DNA of 64,000 bases from a virus: the IMG/VR virus record IMGVR_UViG_3300023116_000009, positions 96,001 to 160,000 of that record. One strand, 5' to 3'. Each line of letters opens with the position of its first letter. The stretch's first letter is position 1. The notes beneath the pieces were generated by a model. The model had not been told where the DNA came from. It ran no database searches and worked only from the letters and a program-made list of their open reading frames with translations. Of the stretch, positions 8,138-16,440 are shown one piece after another. A program made the translations under genes and the position numbers.

Positions 8138-8831
8138 TTTTCTTCCTGATCGCTGCAATCTTTTTCATAACTTTCTTAACCGTTGGTTTGACTGCCTTTA
8201 ATAGGATGTCTGCCAGCGGTTTTGCTAATAGCGCCGACGACGTAGCAATGACAGCAATGCCGCCAACCTGTACGACTGAACCACCACTAGGGAGTCCAGC
8301 GACAATCTGTTGTGGTAATGGAACCGCTTCTGTAATTTGAACACATTCGTTACCTAGTAGTTTATACTCAATAACTTTTTTTCGGAAACCCTCTACATAT
8401 GTTCCGACTGGTTCTTTTGCGTTTTGTGCTGGTGTAGGACAGTCAACCTTAGCAGTAACAGGTGGTGCTGCTGGTGGAAGTTCTACCTGACCTGGTGGTT
8501 CTGGTTTCTCTTTCTGTCTAGTATCAACACCTGATGGTTTAGTAGGAATTATTTGTTCAGGTTCAAAATTAATAGGATTATAACTGGGAATGCCAGCGTC
8601 ACAAATTGTAAAAGTACCTCTTTGGTCATCAGATTTAATCTGATTGTTTTTAGAGTTATTGGTACTGTGAACTTCAACACATCCAGGAACATCAACAATA
8701 GGCACACCAATATTTACCACGACAGGGGGTGGAAGTGGTGGTGTTGTGTAATATTCTGTTGCAGTTATTACTTTTGGAATTTCAATCTCCCGAATTTCAA
8801 TATCGGGAGAAGATATAATTTGTACATCCAT
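8034..8831 (-). CDS. Pro-rich membrane-anchored hypothetical protein
   Basis: Pro-rich segments, Cys pairs, hydrophobic GGIAVIATSSALLA followed by a basic tail. Confidence 0.75.
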   Translation of the reverse strand: MDVQIISSPDIEIREIEIPKVITATEYYTTPPLPPPVVVNIGVPIVDVPGCVEVHSTNNSKNNQIKSDDQRGTFTICDAGIPSYNPINFEPEQIIPTKPSGVDTRQKEKPEPPGQVELPPAAPPVTAKVDCPTPAQNAKEPVGTYVEGFRKKVIEYKLLGNECVQITEAVPLPQQIVAGLPSGGSVVQVGGIAVIATSSALLAKPLADILLKAVKPTVKKVMKKIAAIRKKTIPVLSVGERRAEQRQMNYAVRELRSVFPRKKKR

Positions 8832-8944
8832 TAATCTTCAAATAATTTAAAAATACTAGTCCAAATAGAATGGAAGAACACATACAGAAAGAAAGTTTCC
8901 GTTGCTTCTTTCTTAGCTTTTCTTTTATACGTTGTCGGTGCCAT
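8831..8944 (-). CDS. Small hypothetical protein (37 aa, not in the ORF track)
   Basis: MAPTTYKRKAKKEATETFFLYVFFHSIWTSIFKLFED; GAGGT RBS; fills the gap and abuts the next ATG. Confidence 0.6.
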   Translation of the reverse strand: MAPTTYKRKAKKEATETFFLYVFFHSIWTSIFKLFED

Positions 8945-8969
8945 AATGTTACCTCAAACTTTTAACTAT

Positions 8970-9599
8970 TTAACAATCATTAAAAACTGTTCCGATTTCA
9001 GAACCTAATTCCGATCCTGCTTTCTGCCCTAGGAGCAATGCCCAACCACCTGCCAACCATCCGATGTATGGGATGCTGGTAATTGCTGGGACAATTAGAC
9101 CAGCACTAATTGCGGTCCCTGCCATCGCACCTTGTGAGCGTGCTCCAGCGTCCGCCCTGATGCACTCTTCGCTTTTGGCAAGGGTCTTTCCCTCAGCATC
9201 TACTGAAGCGCCTCCTAGATTGCGTGTACCTTCTCTGGTGTATTCATCACGACGATATTCACTACGCTTTTCAGATCCACCACCAAACCATCCTTTCTTA
9301 TTTCTATCAACATCAAGAGATCTTTCGGACTCCAATACTTTAGGATCATCAGCACGGTATTCAATCTCATATCCATCCTTGCCAGCTTTGATTCTGTAGG
9401 ATGAGTATGGTCCCCTGGGGATGTTGAACGTAGGTGGTTGATGCACCTGAGTTTGTGGTCTCAATACATATCCAAGAAGACCGATGTGAGAAATACCCAC
9501 AACTGCACCCAATGCCAATGCAGCAATCTTAATTGGCGATTGTTTGTTGGTTGGCATTTGTGTTGGCATTTCTACCTCTGTCTTCTTAGAATTAAACAT
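8970..9599 (-). CDS. Membrane hypothetical protein
   Basis: N-terminal hydrophobic helix and C-terminal glycine-zipper-like hydrophobic region (IPYIGWLAGGWALLLG). Confidence 0.75.
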   Translation of the reverse strand: MFNSKKTEVEMPTQMPTNKQSPIKIAALALGAVVGISHIGLLGYVLRPQTQVHQPPTFNIPRGPYSSYRIKAGKDGYEIEYRADDPKVLESERSLDVDRNKKGWFGGGSEKRSEYRRDEYTREGTRNLGGASVDAEGKTLAKSEECIRADAGARSQGAMAGTAISAGLIVPAITSIPYIGWLAGGWALLLGQKAGSELGSEIGTVFNDC

Positions 9600-9601
9600 G
9601 G

Positions 9602-9850
9602 TTAGAATGGGATAGCAGGACCAGTTGTAGTAGGAACAGCAGGACCAGTGACTTCTGGCATCTTGGGCATAGCAGCGTCTAACATACTAGGAAGTGCAGA
9701 TTGAATTGATTCTACTGCTGCTTTGGTAATTTTACCTCTAGCATCCTCAATGAGGACATCTGCATTCTTATACAGATAAACCCCACCGCCGAGAACTGAT
9801 AGTGATACCAGTCCCGACAGCAGGGCAACAACGTTAACTAGTTTTTGCAT
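9602..9850 (-). CDS. Small single-pass membrane protein
   Basis: Start MQKLVNVVALLSG (9850); one TM segment and a Pro-rich tail. Confidence 0.7.
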   Translation of the reverse strand: MQKLVNVVALLSGLVSLSVLGGGVYLYKNADVLIEDARGKITKAAVESIQSALPSMLDAAMPKMPEVTGPAVPTTTGPAIPF

Positions 9851-10160
9851 CTTTCTTAGGTTCAATAGCGGAAACAACTTCTGGTTCTTTCTTCGCCTGT
9901 GGTTTTACTGGAGCAGCACCACCAGATTTGGCAGGACTCAATCCAAATGCAGCAAGCGATCCAGAGAACACAGAGGCAATGAAGGTAGGATCAAAATCTA
10001 AAATCTTTTGTCCGTTAGGAAGTCGGACGTAACTAAAGGTGAGCAGAGAGGCAGACCAAATAAGGACAACAACTTTCACCAGATTACCAAGGACTTCACT
10101 TTTATCTTCATGATCGTGGTCTTTCTCTTCTACCTTTGCTTTGGTTTTATTTCCAAGCAT
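9834..10160 (-). CDS. Two-TM membrane hypothetical protein
   Basis: LVKVVVLIWSASLLTFSY and FIASVFSGSLAAFGL segments. Confidence 0.7.
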   Translation of the reverse strand: MLGNKTKAKVEEKDHDHEDKSEVLGNLVKVVVLIWSASLLTFSYVRLPNGQKILDFDPTFIASVFSGSLAAFGLSPAKSGGAAPVKPQAKKEPEVVSAIEPKKDAKTS

Positions 10161-10192
10161 AAAAATAGAGGAGTTAGGCTCCTCTATTTATA
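10161..10192 (-). terminator. regA terminator hairpin overlapped by late promoter TATAAATA (10185-10192)
   Basis: 11-bp stem AAATAGAGGAG/CTCCTCTATTT, 5-nt loop, T-tract. Confidence 0.7.
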
Positions 10193-10193
10193 A

Positions 10194-10625
10194 CTATGCT
10201 ACTGTCGAGGCAGTTTTCTTTTTTCCGATATTGTACTTTGATTCCAGTTCCCATTCGCCTTTTTCTTTGTACGACAGGACTTTGATCTGATTTAGTGGTG
10301 CGATGTCAAGAACACTATCAGTGTTAACAATACTAATCAAACCCCAATCGGAGAGAAGTTGGGCGATACGATTGCGACGCTGAACATCATTTTGAGTCAG
10401 GTTTGCTGTCTTGCCATCAAGGGCAAACAGTTCCTTAAAATGAACAATGTAATACTTACCTTGTTTGTGCAAAATGTGACAGGATTGATAGAGTTTTTTC
10501 TCTTTGCGTGATGCAACACCAATCCTTGAAAGTGTTTCTCTTACCTTAAGAAAGTCATCTGGTTGAGAGAGTTTTACCTCTACCATACTTTCACGAGTCC
10601 ACTGAACCTCAGCAACCTGAGTCAT
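10194..10625 (-). CDS. regA: Translational repressor RegA
   Basis: DDFLKVRETLSRIGVAS, LYQSCHILHKQGKYYIVHFKELFALDG. Confidence 0.97.
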   Translation of the reverse strand: MTQVAEVQWTRESMVEVKLSQPDDFLKVRETLSRIGVASRKEKKLYQSCHILHKQGKYYIVHFKELFALDGKTANLTQNDVQRRNRIAQLLSDWGLISIVNTDSVLDIAPLNQIKVLSYKEKGEWELESKYNIGKKKTASTVA

Positions 10626-11023
10626 TACGTTTTACCTCCACGATTTAATTTTGATTTAATATAATCAATTTGTTTACTATTTAGAATTTTCAAAACTGCT
10701 TGTGCCTTCTCAGTACTATAATTATAGTATTCTTTGATGACTTCAAGATTGTCCAGTTTGTCCTTCTTTTCCCAGGGCGAGAAACGCTTTCTCTTCCTAA
10801 CGGTATTTATATAGAAATCGTACTGCATACGATTGGGTATATCGTGGTAGGTATTCATCTCATTAGCGAACATAATTGTATCGTAAAAAGACGACATACA
10901 CTTATTGACGATCCAAGATGGGTAGTTCTTCTCCCACCCTGGATCATCAGTGTTCATCAAGTTGGTTTTAGTTTCATTAATGGACTTTAAATAGTCCGTC
11001 AAACTATGACTGTACTTGCTCAT
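10625..11023 (-). CDS. gp62: Clamp loader small subunit gp62
   Basis: MQYDFYINTVRKRKRFSPW...VIKEYYNYS; located before regA. Confidence 0.93.
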   Translation of the reverse strand: MSKYSHSLTDYLKSINETKTNLMNTDDPGWEKNYPSWIVNKCMSSFYDTIMFANEMNTYHDIPNRMQYDFYINTVRKRKRFSPWEKKDKLDNLEVIKEYYNYSTEKAQAVLKILNSKQIDYIKSKLNRGGKT

Positions 11024-11832
11024 CAGTAATTTAAAAGAAGAAGTTCTTTACGTTTCTTTTGATCTTCAGTATAAGTTCCAGTAGATCTCATGGTGTAAGT
11101 AAGGTCCCAATCTTTTTGTGTCCAGTCAGGAAATCTTTCCTTAACAAAAAGGTCAGAATTGTAAGTGATCATACACTTATGTTCAGAGTTTCTACAATGA
11201 GCAGCAAACATCTCATGATTAAAACCTTTGTGCATATTGCCCTTCTTACCATACAAGTTATCCTTGATATCGTATGGAGGGTCTAGAAAAACAAAGGCAT
11301 CATCACCATAAAGAAACTCACTGTAATCCTGGTTGGTAATCTTCCAAAACTGAATGATCTCAGAAACTCCAGGTAACTTATCAATACCCCTGAAGGTAAA
11401 ATTCTGCACAGATGCCTGCTTACTAAATGAAGAGGACTCAGACAGACCACTAAAAGAACACTTGTTGATAATGTAAAAATTGAATCCAGTAGAATACAAA
11501 TCCCCATGATCAATCTGACTCTTAGCATTTAGAAACGCTTCTCTGTGAGCGTCTTCACTCTCGCCCAGTTCGGTCTTGAGTTCTCTCAAATCACTATGAA
11601 GACGGTCTCCATCCTGCTGTAAGGTCTTCCAGAAGGCATACAGTGGGTAGTAGAGGTCATTGACCCAAATATGAGTGCGAGGTCTTTCCTGGGTCACGTG
11701 GAGTGCCATAGAACCGCCACCAAGAAAAGGTTCTATGTATTTGTCAAACTTCTTTGGAAGGTGTTGATCTAAGTATTTGATCGCCCTGGACTTGCCACCA
11801 GGATATCGAAGAGGTGTTTTAATTTTTGCCAT
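11023..11832 (-). CDS. dam: DNA adenine methyltransferase (Dam/D12 class)
   Basis: TPLRYPGGKS, YIEPFLGGGS (motif I), LDPPY (motif IV). Confidence 0.93.
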   Translation of the reverse strand: MAKIKTPLRYPGGKSRAIKYLDQHLPKKFDKYIEPFLGGGSMALHVTQERPRTHIWVNDLYYPLYAFWKTLQQDGDRLHSDLRELKTELGESEDAHREAFLNAKSQIDHGDLYSTGFNFYIINKCSFSGLSESSSFSKQASVQNFTFRGIDKLPGVSEIIQFWKITNQDYSEFLYGDDAFVFLDPPYDIKDNLYGKKGNMHKGFNHEMFAAHCRNSEHKCMITYNSDLFVKERFPDWTQKDWDLTYTMRSTGTYTEDQKKRKELLLLNY

Positions 11833-12356
11833 CAGAGAATCCGCTCAACTCCATCAAGTATATCAGATGCCGTGATACTCTTGGGTGCTGGTGTAATACC
11901 AGTGAAAAGAACCGTAAAGTCCCCTGGTTGAAACTTCACTTTTGCAGTCGTTGATTTGGGAGTAAAGTACACACGTTTATTAACAGTATCCCAATCAGTG
12001 TAACCAATAGACATCCTTTCAGTATCAACTAAAAACATGTAATCAAAAGTTTTAGTTACAACTTTACTATCACCTGCAAAGTTCTTTAGAGTGATTACCT
12101 TTGTTGCTCCATTCTGTTGAAACAATTTAAGAGTTCCTTTCATTTCATAGCGAAGTTCATCTTCACCAATAAAATCAACTCCGTTCATATGATCACCAAC
12201 ATAACGGACTTGGTTGTCGCTCCACTTTGCAAACGACTTCTCTTGAAGATAAGTTCGGAAAGTTTTGAACGTGTTGGACTTCATCTCTTTGGTATTGGTA
12301 GCATTTACACAACCAAAGAACTCTTTCAAGTTGATGCGAGAAAAATCAAGATTCAT
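11832..12356 (-). CDS. Hypothetical protein, candidate PD-(D/E)xK endonuclease
   Basis: GVDFIGEDELRYEMKG gives a D...ExK pattern; coupled to dam. Confidence 0.55.
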   Translation of the reverse strand: MNLDFSRINLKEFFGCVNATNTKEMKSNTFKTFRTYLQEKSFAKWSDNQVRYVGDHMNGVDFIGEDELRYEMKGTLKLFQQNGATKVITLKNFAGDSKVVTKTFDYMFLVDTERMSIGYTDWDTVNKRVYFTPKSTTAKVKFQPGDFTVLFTGITPAPKSITASDILDGVERIL

Positions 12357-13300
12357 TTAAATTCACACTCCACCATAATTTGAGTAAGGGCAGCAAGCAA
12401 GTTAATTTCCTGATCAGCAACAAATGCTGCTTTGTATTGATAGTCAGCAATAATCAATACTGCTTGAGGAATTGTACTTGGTTGAAGTTTAGAGTACAGG
12501 TTATCATAGATAGAACGAAAAATATGAGATGGTTCATTATCCATATTGTTCACAACCCATTTTTTCACAGTAGTAAACTGCTTATTCTTCAGTGCATCTA
12601 CGAGTTGCTCAAACTTAATGTCAGACAAACTAGCAAGAATGCCACTGTCAATTTGACCACCAACTGCATAACGTTGACACTCGTTAAGGGTACGACGCCA
12701 GTCAGGGAAGAACTTAAGAATTAGTTGGGGAAGAACCTTTTCATCATATTGTACGCCCTCATTCTCAAGTATAAACCTGAGACGGTCGAAAAACTTTCCT
12801 GCAAGGATTCGTTTGTCTGCTCCTGGGATGCCAAAGTCAACGACTGAGCATCTTGAGTGGAGGGGTTCAATGATTTTGTTTTTGAAGTTACAGGTGAAAA
12901 TAAACCGACAGTTGCCATGAAACGCCTCAATGTTCGCCCGTAGGGCGAGTTGAACATCGTGGGTCGTGTTGTCAGCTTCGTCAACAATAACGACTTTGTG
13001 TTTGGAGTCACTAGATAGTGATACGGTCGATGCAAAATTTTTGACCTTGTTTCGTACTGTGTCAAGATAGCGTCCCTCGTCAGATCCGTTAATGATAATG
13101 TAACTGGCACCAAGTTCCTCACAAAGTGCCCTGGCAACGGTTGTCTTACCAATGCCTGCGGTTCCATGAAGTAACAGGTTAGAAATCTGACCCGACTTCA
13201 AAAAACTTTTGAATGTTTCTTTGGTATTCTCTGGGAGAATACAATCTTCAATTGTCTTGGGTCGATACTTTTCAACCCAAAGAAATTCATCACGAGACAT
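12353..13300 (-). CDS. gp44: Clamp loader large subunit gp44
   Basis: LWVEKYRPKTIEDCILP, GTAGIGKTT, IVDEAD, SRC motif. Confidence 0.97.
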   Translation of the reverse strand: MSRDEFLWVEKYRPKTIEDCILPENTKETFKSFLKSGQISNLLLHGTAGIGKTTVARALCEELGASYIIINGSDEGRYLDTVRNKVKNFASTVSLSSDSKHKVVIVDEADNTTHDVQLALRANIEAFHGNCRFIFTCNFKNKIIEPLHSRCSVVDFGIPGADKRILAGKFFDRLRFILENEGVQYDEKVLPQLILKFFPDWRRTLNECQRYAVGGQIDSGILASLSDIKFEQLVDALKNKQFTTVKKWVVNNMDNEPSHIFRSIYDNLYSKLQPSTIPQAVLIIADYQYKAAFVADQEINLLAALTQIMVECEFK

Positions 13301-13305
13301 AAAAT

Positions 13306-13641
13306 CTACTCAAGAGGTCTTACAAATTCGTTAGCAACCATGTCATTAGCGTGCATAGTGCTAAACATATATCTTACTGCAGATTCAGGTGAAGTGTGAT
13401 CTCCACATGTAAAAACGTCACATACTGCCATACCCAGTTCTGGCCAAGTATGAATGCTAATATGGGACTCAGCAAGCATAGCAACAGCAGTTACGCCTTG
13501 CGGTTCAAACTTGTGCGACACAAGATCGAGCAAAGTGCTTTGAGCAAGTGTCGCAGCATTAACTAACATTTCCCTAATGTAGGGTTCATCATCAAGAAGG
13601 ACTGCTGAACAATCCTTAAGAGTAAAAAGAATGTGTTTCAT
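13306..13641 (-). CDS. speD: S-adenosylmethionine decarboxylase proenzyme (class 1B)
   Basis: HKFEPQGVT...LAESHISIHTWPE...CDVFTCG with the E-S self-cleavage site. Confidence 0.9.
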   Translation of the reverse strand: MKHILFTLKDCSAVLLDDEPYIREMLVNAATLAQSTLLDLVSHKFEPQGVTAVAMLAESHISIHTWPELGMAVCDVFTCGDHTSPESAVRYMFSTMHANDMVANEFVRPLE

Positions 13642-14315
13642 ACACCATACTTAGAATCTGGTTCAAGTGCAATAAAATATTCTAAGTCCTGAGTTTCTGC
13701 TTCAACAAACCTTGCTGCTTTAGTAGAGAGTTCTACTGTGTAAGAAGAAGGAATCAGTTTCAAGTTCTCTACTTTAAAGTTGAAAGAAAATGGTGTCTCA
13801 GAAGTTCCTACGTGATGAGTAACAGCGTTAGAAGTTTCATTCTCTTTGTCTTTAATCACAAGAGATACGTCACCATTAGAATCAGTTTCAACGCAGAGAT
13901 CGGGAAGGTTATAAATCGCTGCGAGTTTCCTGAGATTTCCAAAGTGCTCAGAATCTAAGTTAAAGGAGAAGTTGTAGTTAGGAATGTTCAATCCTTTATC
14001 AGGAGGTTTAACTACAACGTCTGGATCAGCAAAGAAATACTTTACCTTAGATCTACCAGAACTCATGGTAACATAAGAAGTGTTACCAAAATCAACATCA
14101 GGTCGATCCCAAACTCGAAGACCAACTAGAAACTCATGCAAATCATAAATTGCAAAAGAGATAGGAAACTCTTCCGTAATGTTTGCTTTTGCATAGATGT
14201 TATTTGTAACTGAGATTGTACTCAGGACAGAACCATTCCTAACATAAATTGAATTGTTGATGTTAGAAAAATTGGTTAAAAGATCAATAGTTCTTTGGGA
14301 AAGATGCATAATCAA
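13638..14315 (-). CDS. gp45: Sliding clamp gp45
   Basis: NFSNINNSI, FAIYDLHEFL, FNFKVENLKLIP, YFIALEPDS. Confidence 0.95.
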   Translation of the reverse strand: MIMHLSQRTIDLLTNFSNINNSIYVRNGSVLSTISVTNNIYAKANITEEFPISFAIYDLHEFLVGLRVWDRPDVDFGNTSYVTMSSGRSKVKYFFADPDVVVKPPDKGLNIPNYNFSFNLDSEHFGNLRKLAAIYNLPDLCVETDSNGDVSLVIKDKENETSNAVTHHVGTSETPFSFNFKVENLKLIPSSYTVELSTKAARFVEAETQDLEYFIALEPDSKYGV

Positions 14316-14686
14316 TGAGGGTAGTTGCTGGTTTGTTTATGGAGACCTGAGAAGTGATACAGAAGAATGCAATAATGAATTGCTTTCAGGATGTCCATCT
14401 TGGACTTACCATCTTTCTTTCCAAATCGTGAAAGGTATTTAATAGCATTGCTGCGGCAGAATGCTTCAGCATCACCAATACTCTCAATCAAATCAAGAGT
14501 TTGGGTTTTAGAATCTTGGGAAGTATAGTGCTGACGATACGTGCCTGAAAGGTAATCTCGTACCTCTTTCATCGTCAGGTCTTCTTCATACTTCCAAAAT
14601 CCATTGGTGTTGTCCATGTTCAAATTGAATTCGTGTTTTTCGTCCATTTCAAGTACATCGTAAAGTAGGGACCAAGCATTAGGCAT
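14312..14686 (-). CDS. DUF3310-like (T7 gp1.7 nucleotide-kinase-like) protein
   Basis: HY...FCRSNAIKYLSRFGKKDGKSKMDILKAIHY. Start MPNAWS (14686) overlaps the pebS stop. Confidence 0.7.
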   Translation of the reverse strand: MPNAWSLLYDVLEMDEKHEFNLNMDNTNGFWKYEEDLTMKEVRDYLSGTYRQHYTSQDSKTQTLDLIESIGDAEAFCRSNAIKYLSRFGKKDGKSKMDILKAIHYCILLYHFSGLHKQTSNYPH

Positions 14687-15365
14687 AATTAAAAAGAAAA
14701 TCGTGTACAAGTGACTTGGATTTCTCCTTGCCAAACTTACTGTCAAGGTATCCACTCACGGGATCTAACTTCGTCATGTATCTGTCGAAGTCACCGTAAG
14801 TAGAGTGTACCGCAAACCCGCTGGGTTTCTTAGATTCTAGCATGGATTTGTACACTTGTAAATAGGCACGGAAGTCATCAAGGTAATTGTCAACTTCGGA
14901 CATTGTGCATTTACGAACATACACATTCTCTGAGAAATGGTTTCCAGGTTCAAAGAATCTAAATGTTCCTTCTGCTTTTGGAAGTTCAGGAACAGAGAAG
15001 AAATAGTTCTCTACAGGATGCTGAAAGTCAAATACAATAATGACTTTCTTTTCAAAGAACCCCATCAAGTCCATACCAAAGCAAGGTAGATTTTCTCCTG
15101 TCTTTGGATAGATAATGTTGTTGTATATACAGGACTTCTCATCCCATATATCAACTTCTCTGGACTTAATAATGTACTTGTTGCTGTAGAGTTTGGCAGA
15201 AAGGTTTGCACCGTTGTCAGACCAATCTGCCCATATATCAGTGTTCTCTAGATCAGGAAACGTTTCCCACAGTACCTTCTTGTACTGGTTCCAGAGATTC
15301 TTCAAGTTGGATTTCTGCATCGACTTTATCGTAGAGTTCAAGGAAGGATTGTTTGGTTTCGTCAT
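14679..15365 (-). CDS. pebS: Phycoerythrobilin synthase (ferredoxin-dependent bilin reductase)
   Basis: ETFPDLE, IIYPKTGENLPCFGMDLM, KVIIVFDFQHP, RFFEPGNHFS, DFDRYMTKLDPV match the phage PebS sequence as recalled. Confidence 0.9.
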   Translation of the reverse strand: MTKPNNPSLNSTIKSMQKSNLKNLWNQYKKVLWETFPDLENTDIWADWSDNGANLSAKLYSNKYIIKSREVDIWDEKSCIYNNIIYPKTGENLPCFGMDLMGFFEKKVIIVFDFQHPVENYFFSVPELPKAEGTFRFFEPGNHFSENVYVRKCTMSEVDNYLDDFRAYLQVYKSMLESKKPSGFAVHSTYGDFDRYMTKLDPVSGYLDSKFGKEKSKSLVHDFLFNYA

Positions 15366-16368
15366 CGAAACGATTCAGGCAAACTTGAATTGCCTTTGCT
15401 TTGTCACCAAAGATGCTGTAAGCACGGATGATGTGAACAAGACGGCGGGTGCTGATGATCTCATCAATGCCACCATCATAGAAGGTCTTACGGATGATAC
15501 CTGCCCAGTCAACAAGGTGCTTGCAGAAGTCACGATCCTCCACACCAAGGTCCAGAGAGTTGCCCTCAAGGATGCGTTGCTCAACGCTGGCAGCAGGATA
15601 CTCCTGCTCAAAGGTTACGGGGAATCGCTCAAGGAATGCTTCGTTAAGGACGTTGGTGCCGATGAAGCGCCCATCATCAGAACCCTTTCCTTTAGTGTTA
15701 GCAGTAGCAAATACATTGAACCCAGCAGCAGGACGGACATACTTACCAGTTTTTTTGAGGAATACACCTTTGCCTTCTAGAATGGATTGGAGGCAAAGGA
15801 TCTTGTTAGAGGCAAGGTCGATTTCATCGAGAAGAAGGATTGCTCCCCGCTCAAGTGCATCAATAACGGGACCATTATGCCACACAGTGTTCCCATCCAC
15901 AAGGCGGAAACCGCCGATGAGGTCATCTTCATCAGTTTCAATAGTAATGTTTACACGAATCATTTCACGATTCAGTTGAGAACATGCTTGTTCAACACCA
16001 AAGGTCTTGCCGTTACCAGAGAGACCAGTGATAAAGCATGGATAGAAGATACCAGATTTGATAATCTTTTTGACATCAGTAAAGTTCCCGAACGGGATGA
16101 AAGTGTCATCCTTACTAGGAACGAGGTCGATATCTTCCCGTTCGGTAACGCGAACTTGATCTTCAAGTTTTTCACGAACTTCTTGAACAGTCAGGTCCCA
16201 CTTGCCACGACCAGTTTTGTACATCTCAAGACGTTTGCAAATGGTAGGATAGGAGACATCAAACACATCAGCAGCAGCAAGAACTGCCTCGGTGTTCACT
16301 TGAGTGCCATAGTTTTCAGTCAGGTAGTGAGTGACTTCTTTGACGTTGAGGTTAGACATGCGAGGCAT
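15253..16368 (-). CDS. cobS: MoxR/CobS-like AAA+ ATPase
   Basis: GLSGNGKT, LLLDEID, ATANTKG, AFLERF, ISTRRL. Start MPRMSN (16368) preferred because it lies downstream of the -10 box. Confidence 0.9.
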   Translation of the reverse strand: MPRMSNLNVKEVTHYLTENYGTQVNTEAVLAAADVFDVSYPTICKRLEMYKTGRGKWDLTVQEVREKLEDQVRVTEREDIDLVPSKDDTFIPFGNFTDVKKIIKSGIFYPCFITGLSGNGKTFGVEQACSQLNREMIRVNITIETDEDDLIGGFRLVDGNTVWHNGPVIDALERGAILLLDEIDLASNKILCLQSILEGKGVFLKKTGKYVRPAAGFNVFATANTKGKGSDDGRFIGTNVLNEAFLERFPVTFEQEYPAASVEQRILEGNSLDLGVEDRDFCKHLVDWAGIIRKTFYDGGIDEIISTRRLVHIIRAYSIFGDKAKAIQVCLNRFDDETKQSFLELYDKVDAEIQLEESLEPVQEGTVGNVS

Positions 16369-16393
16369 TGCGATGGGAATCAATAACAAAGTT

Positions 16394-16438
16394 AGTATAG
16401 GGGGGGATGATCGGAAAAAATCCGATCTTGTGCCAGTT
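16394..16438 (-). promoter_or_regulatory. Candidate early promoter: AACTGGCACA, 29 nt, TATACT
   Basis: Same layout as 18609-18654; the spacer holds hairpin GATCGGA/TCCGATC. Confidence 0.6.
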
Positions 16439-16440
16439 TT

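Noticed and set aside
15193-16386. Nearly continuous plus-strand antisense ORFs (195 aa and 199 aa, same frame) over cobS
   Set aside because: They are in exact codon register with cobS; avoidance of TTA/CTA/TCA in a codon-biased gene removes antisense stops. No RBS or recognisable motif.
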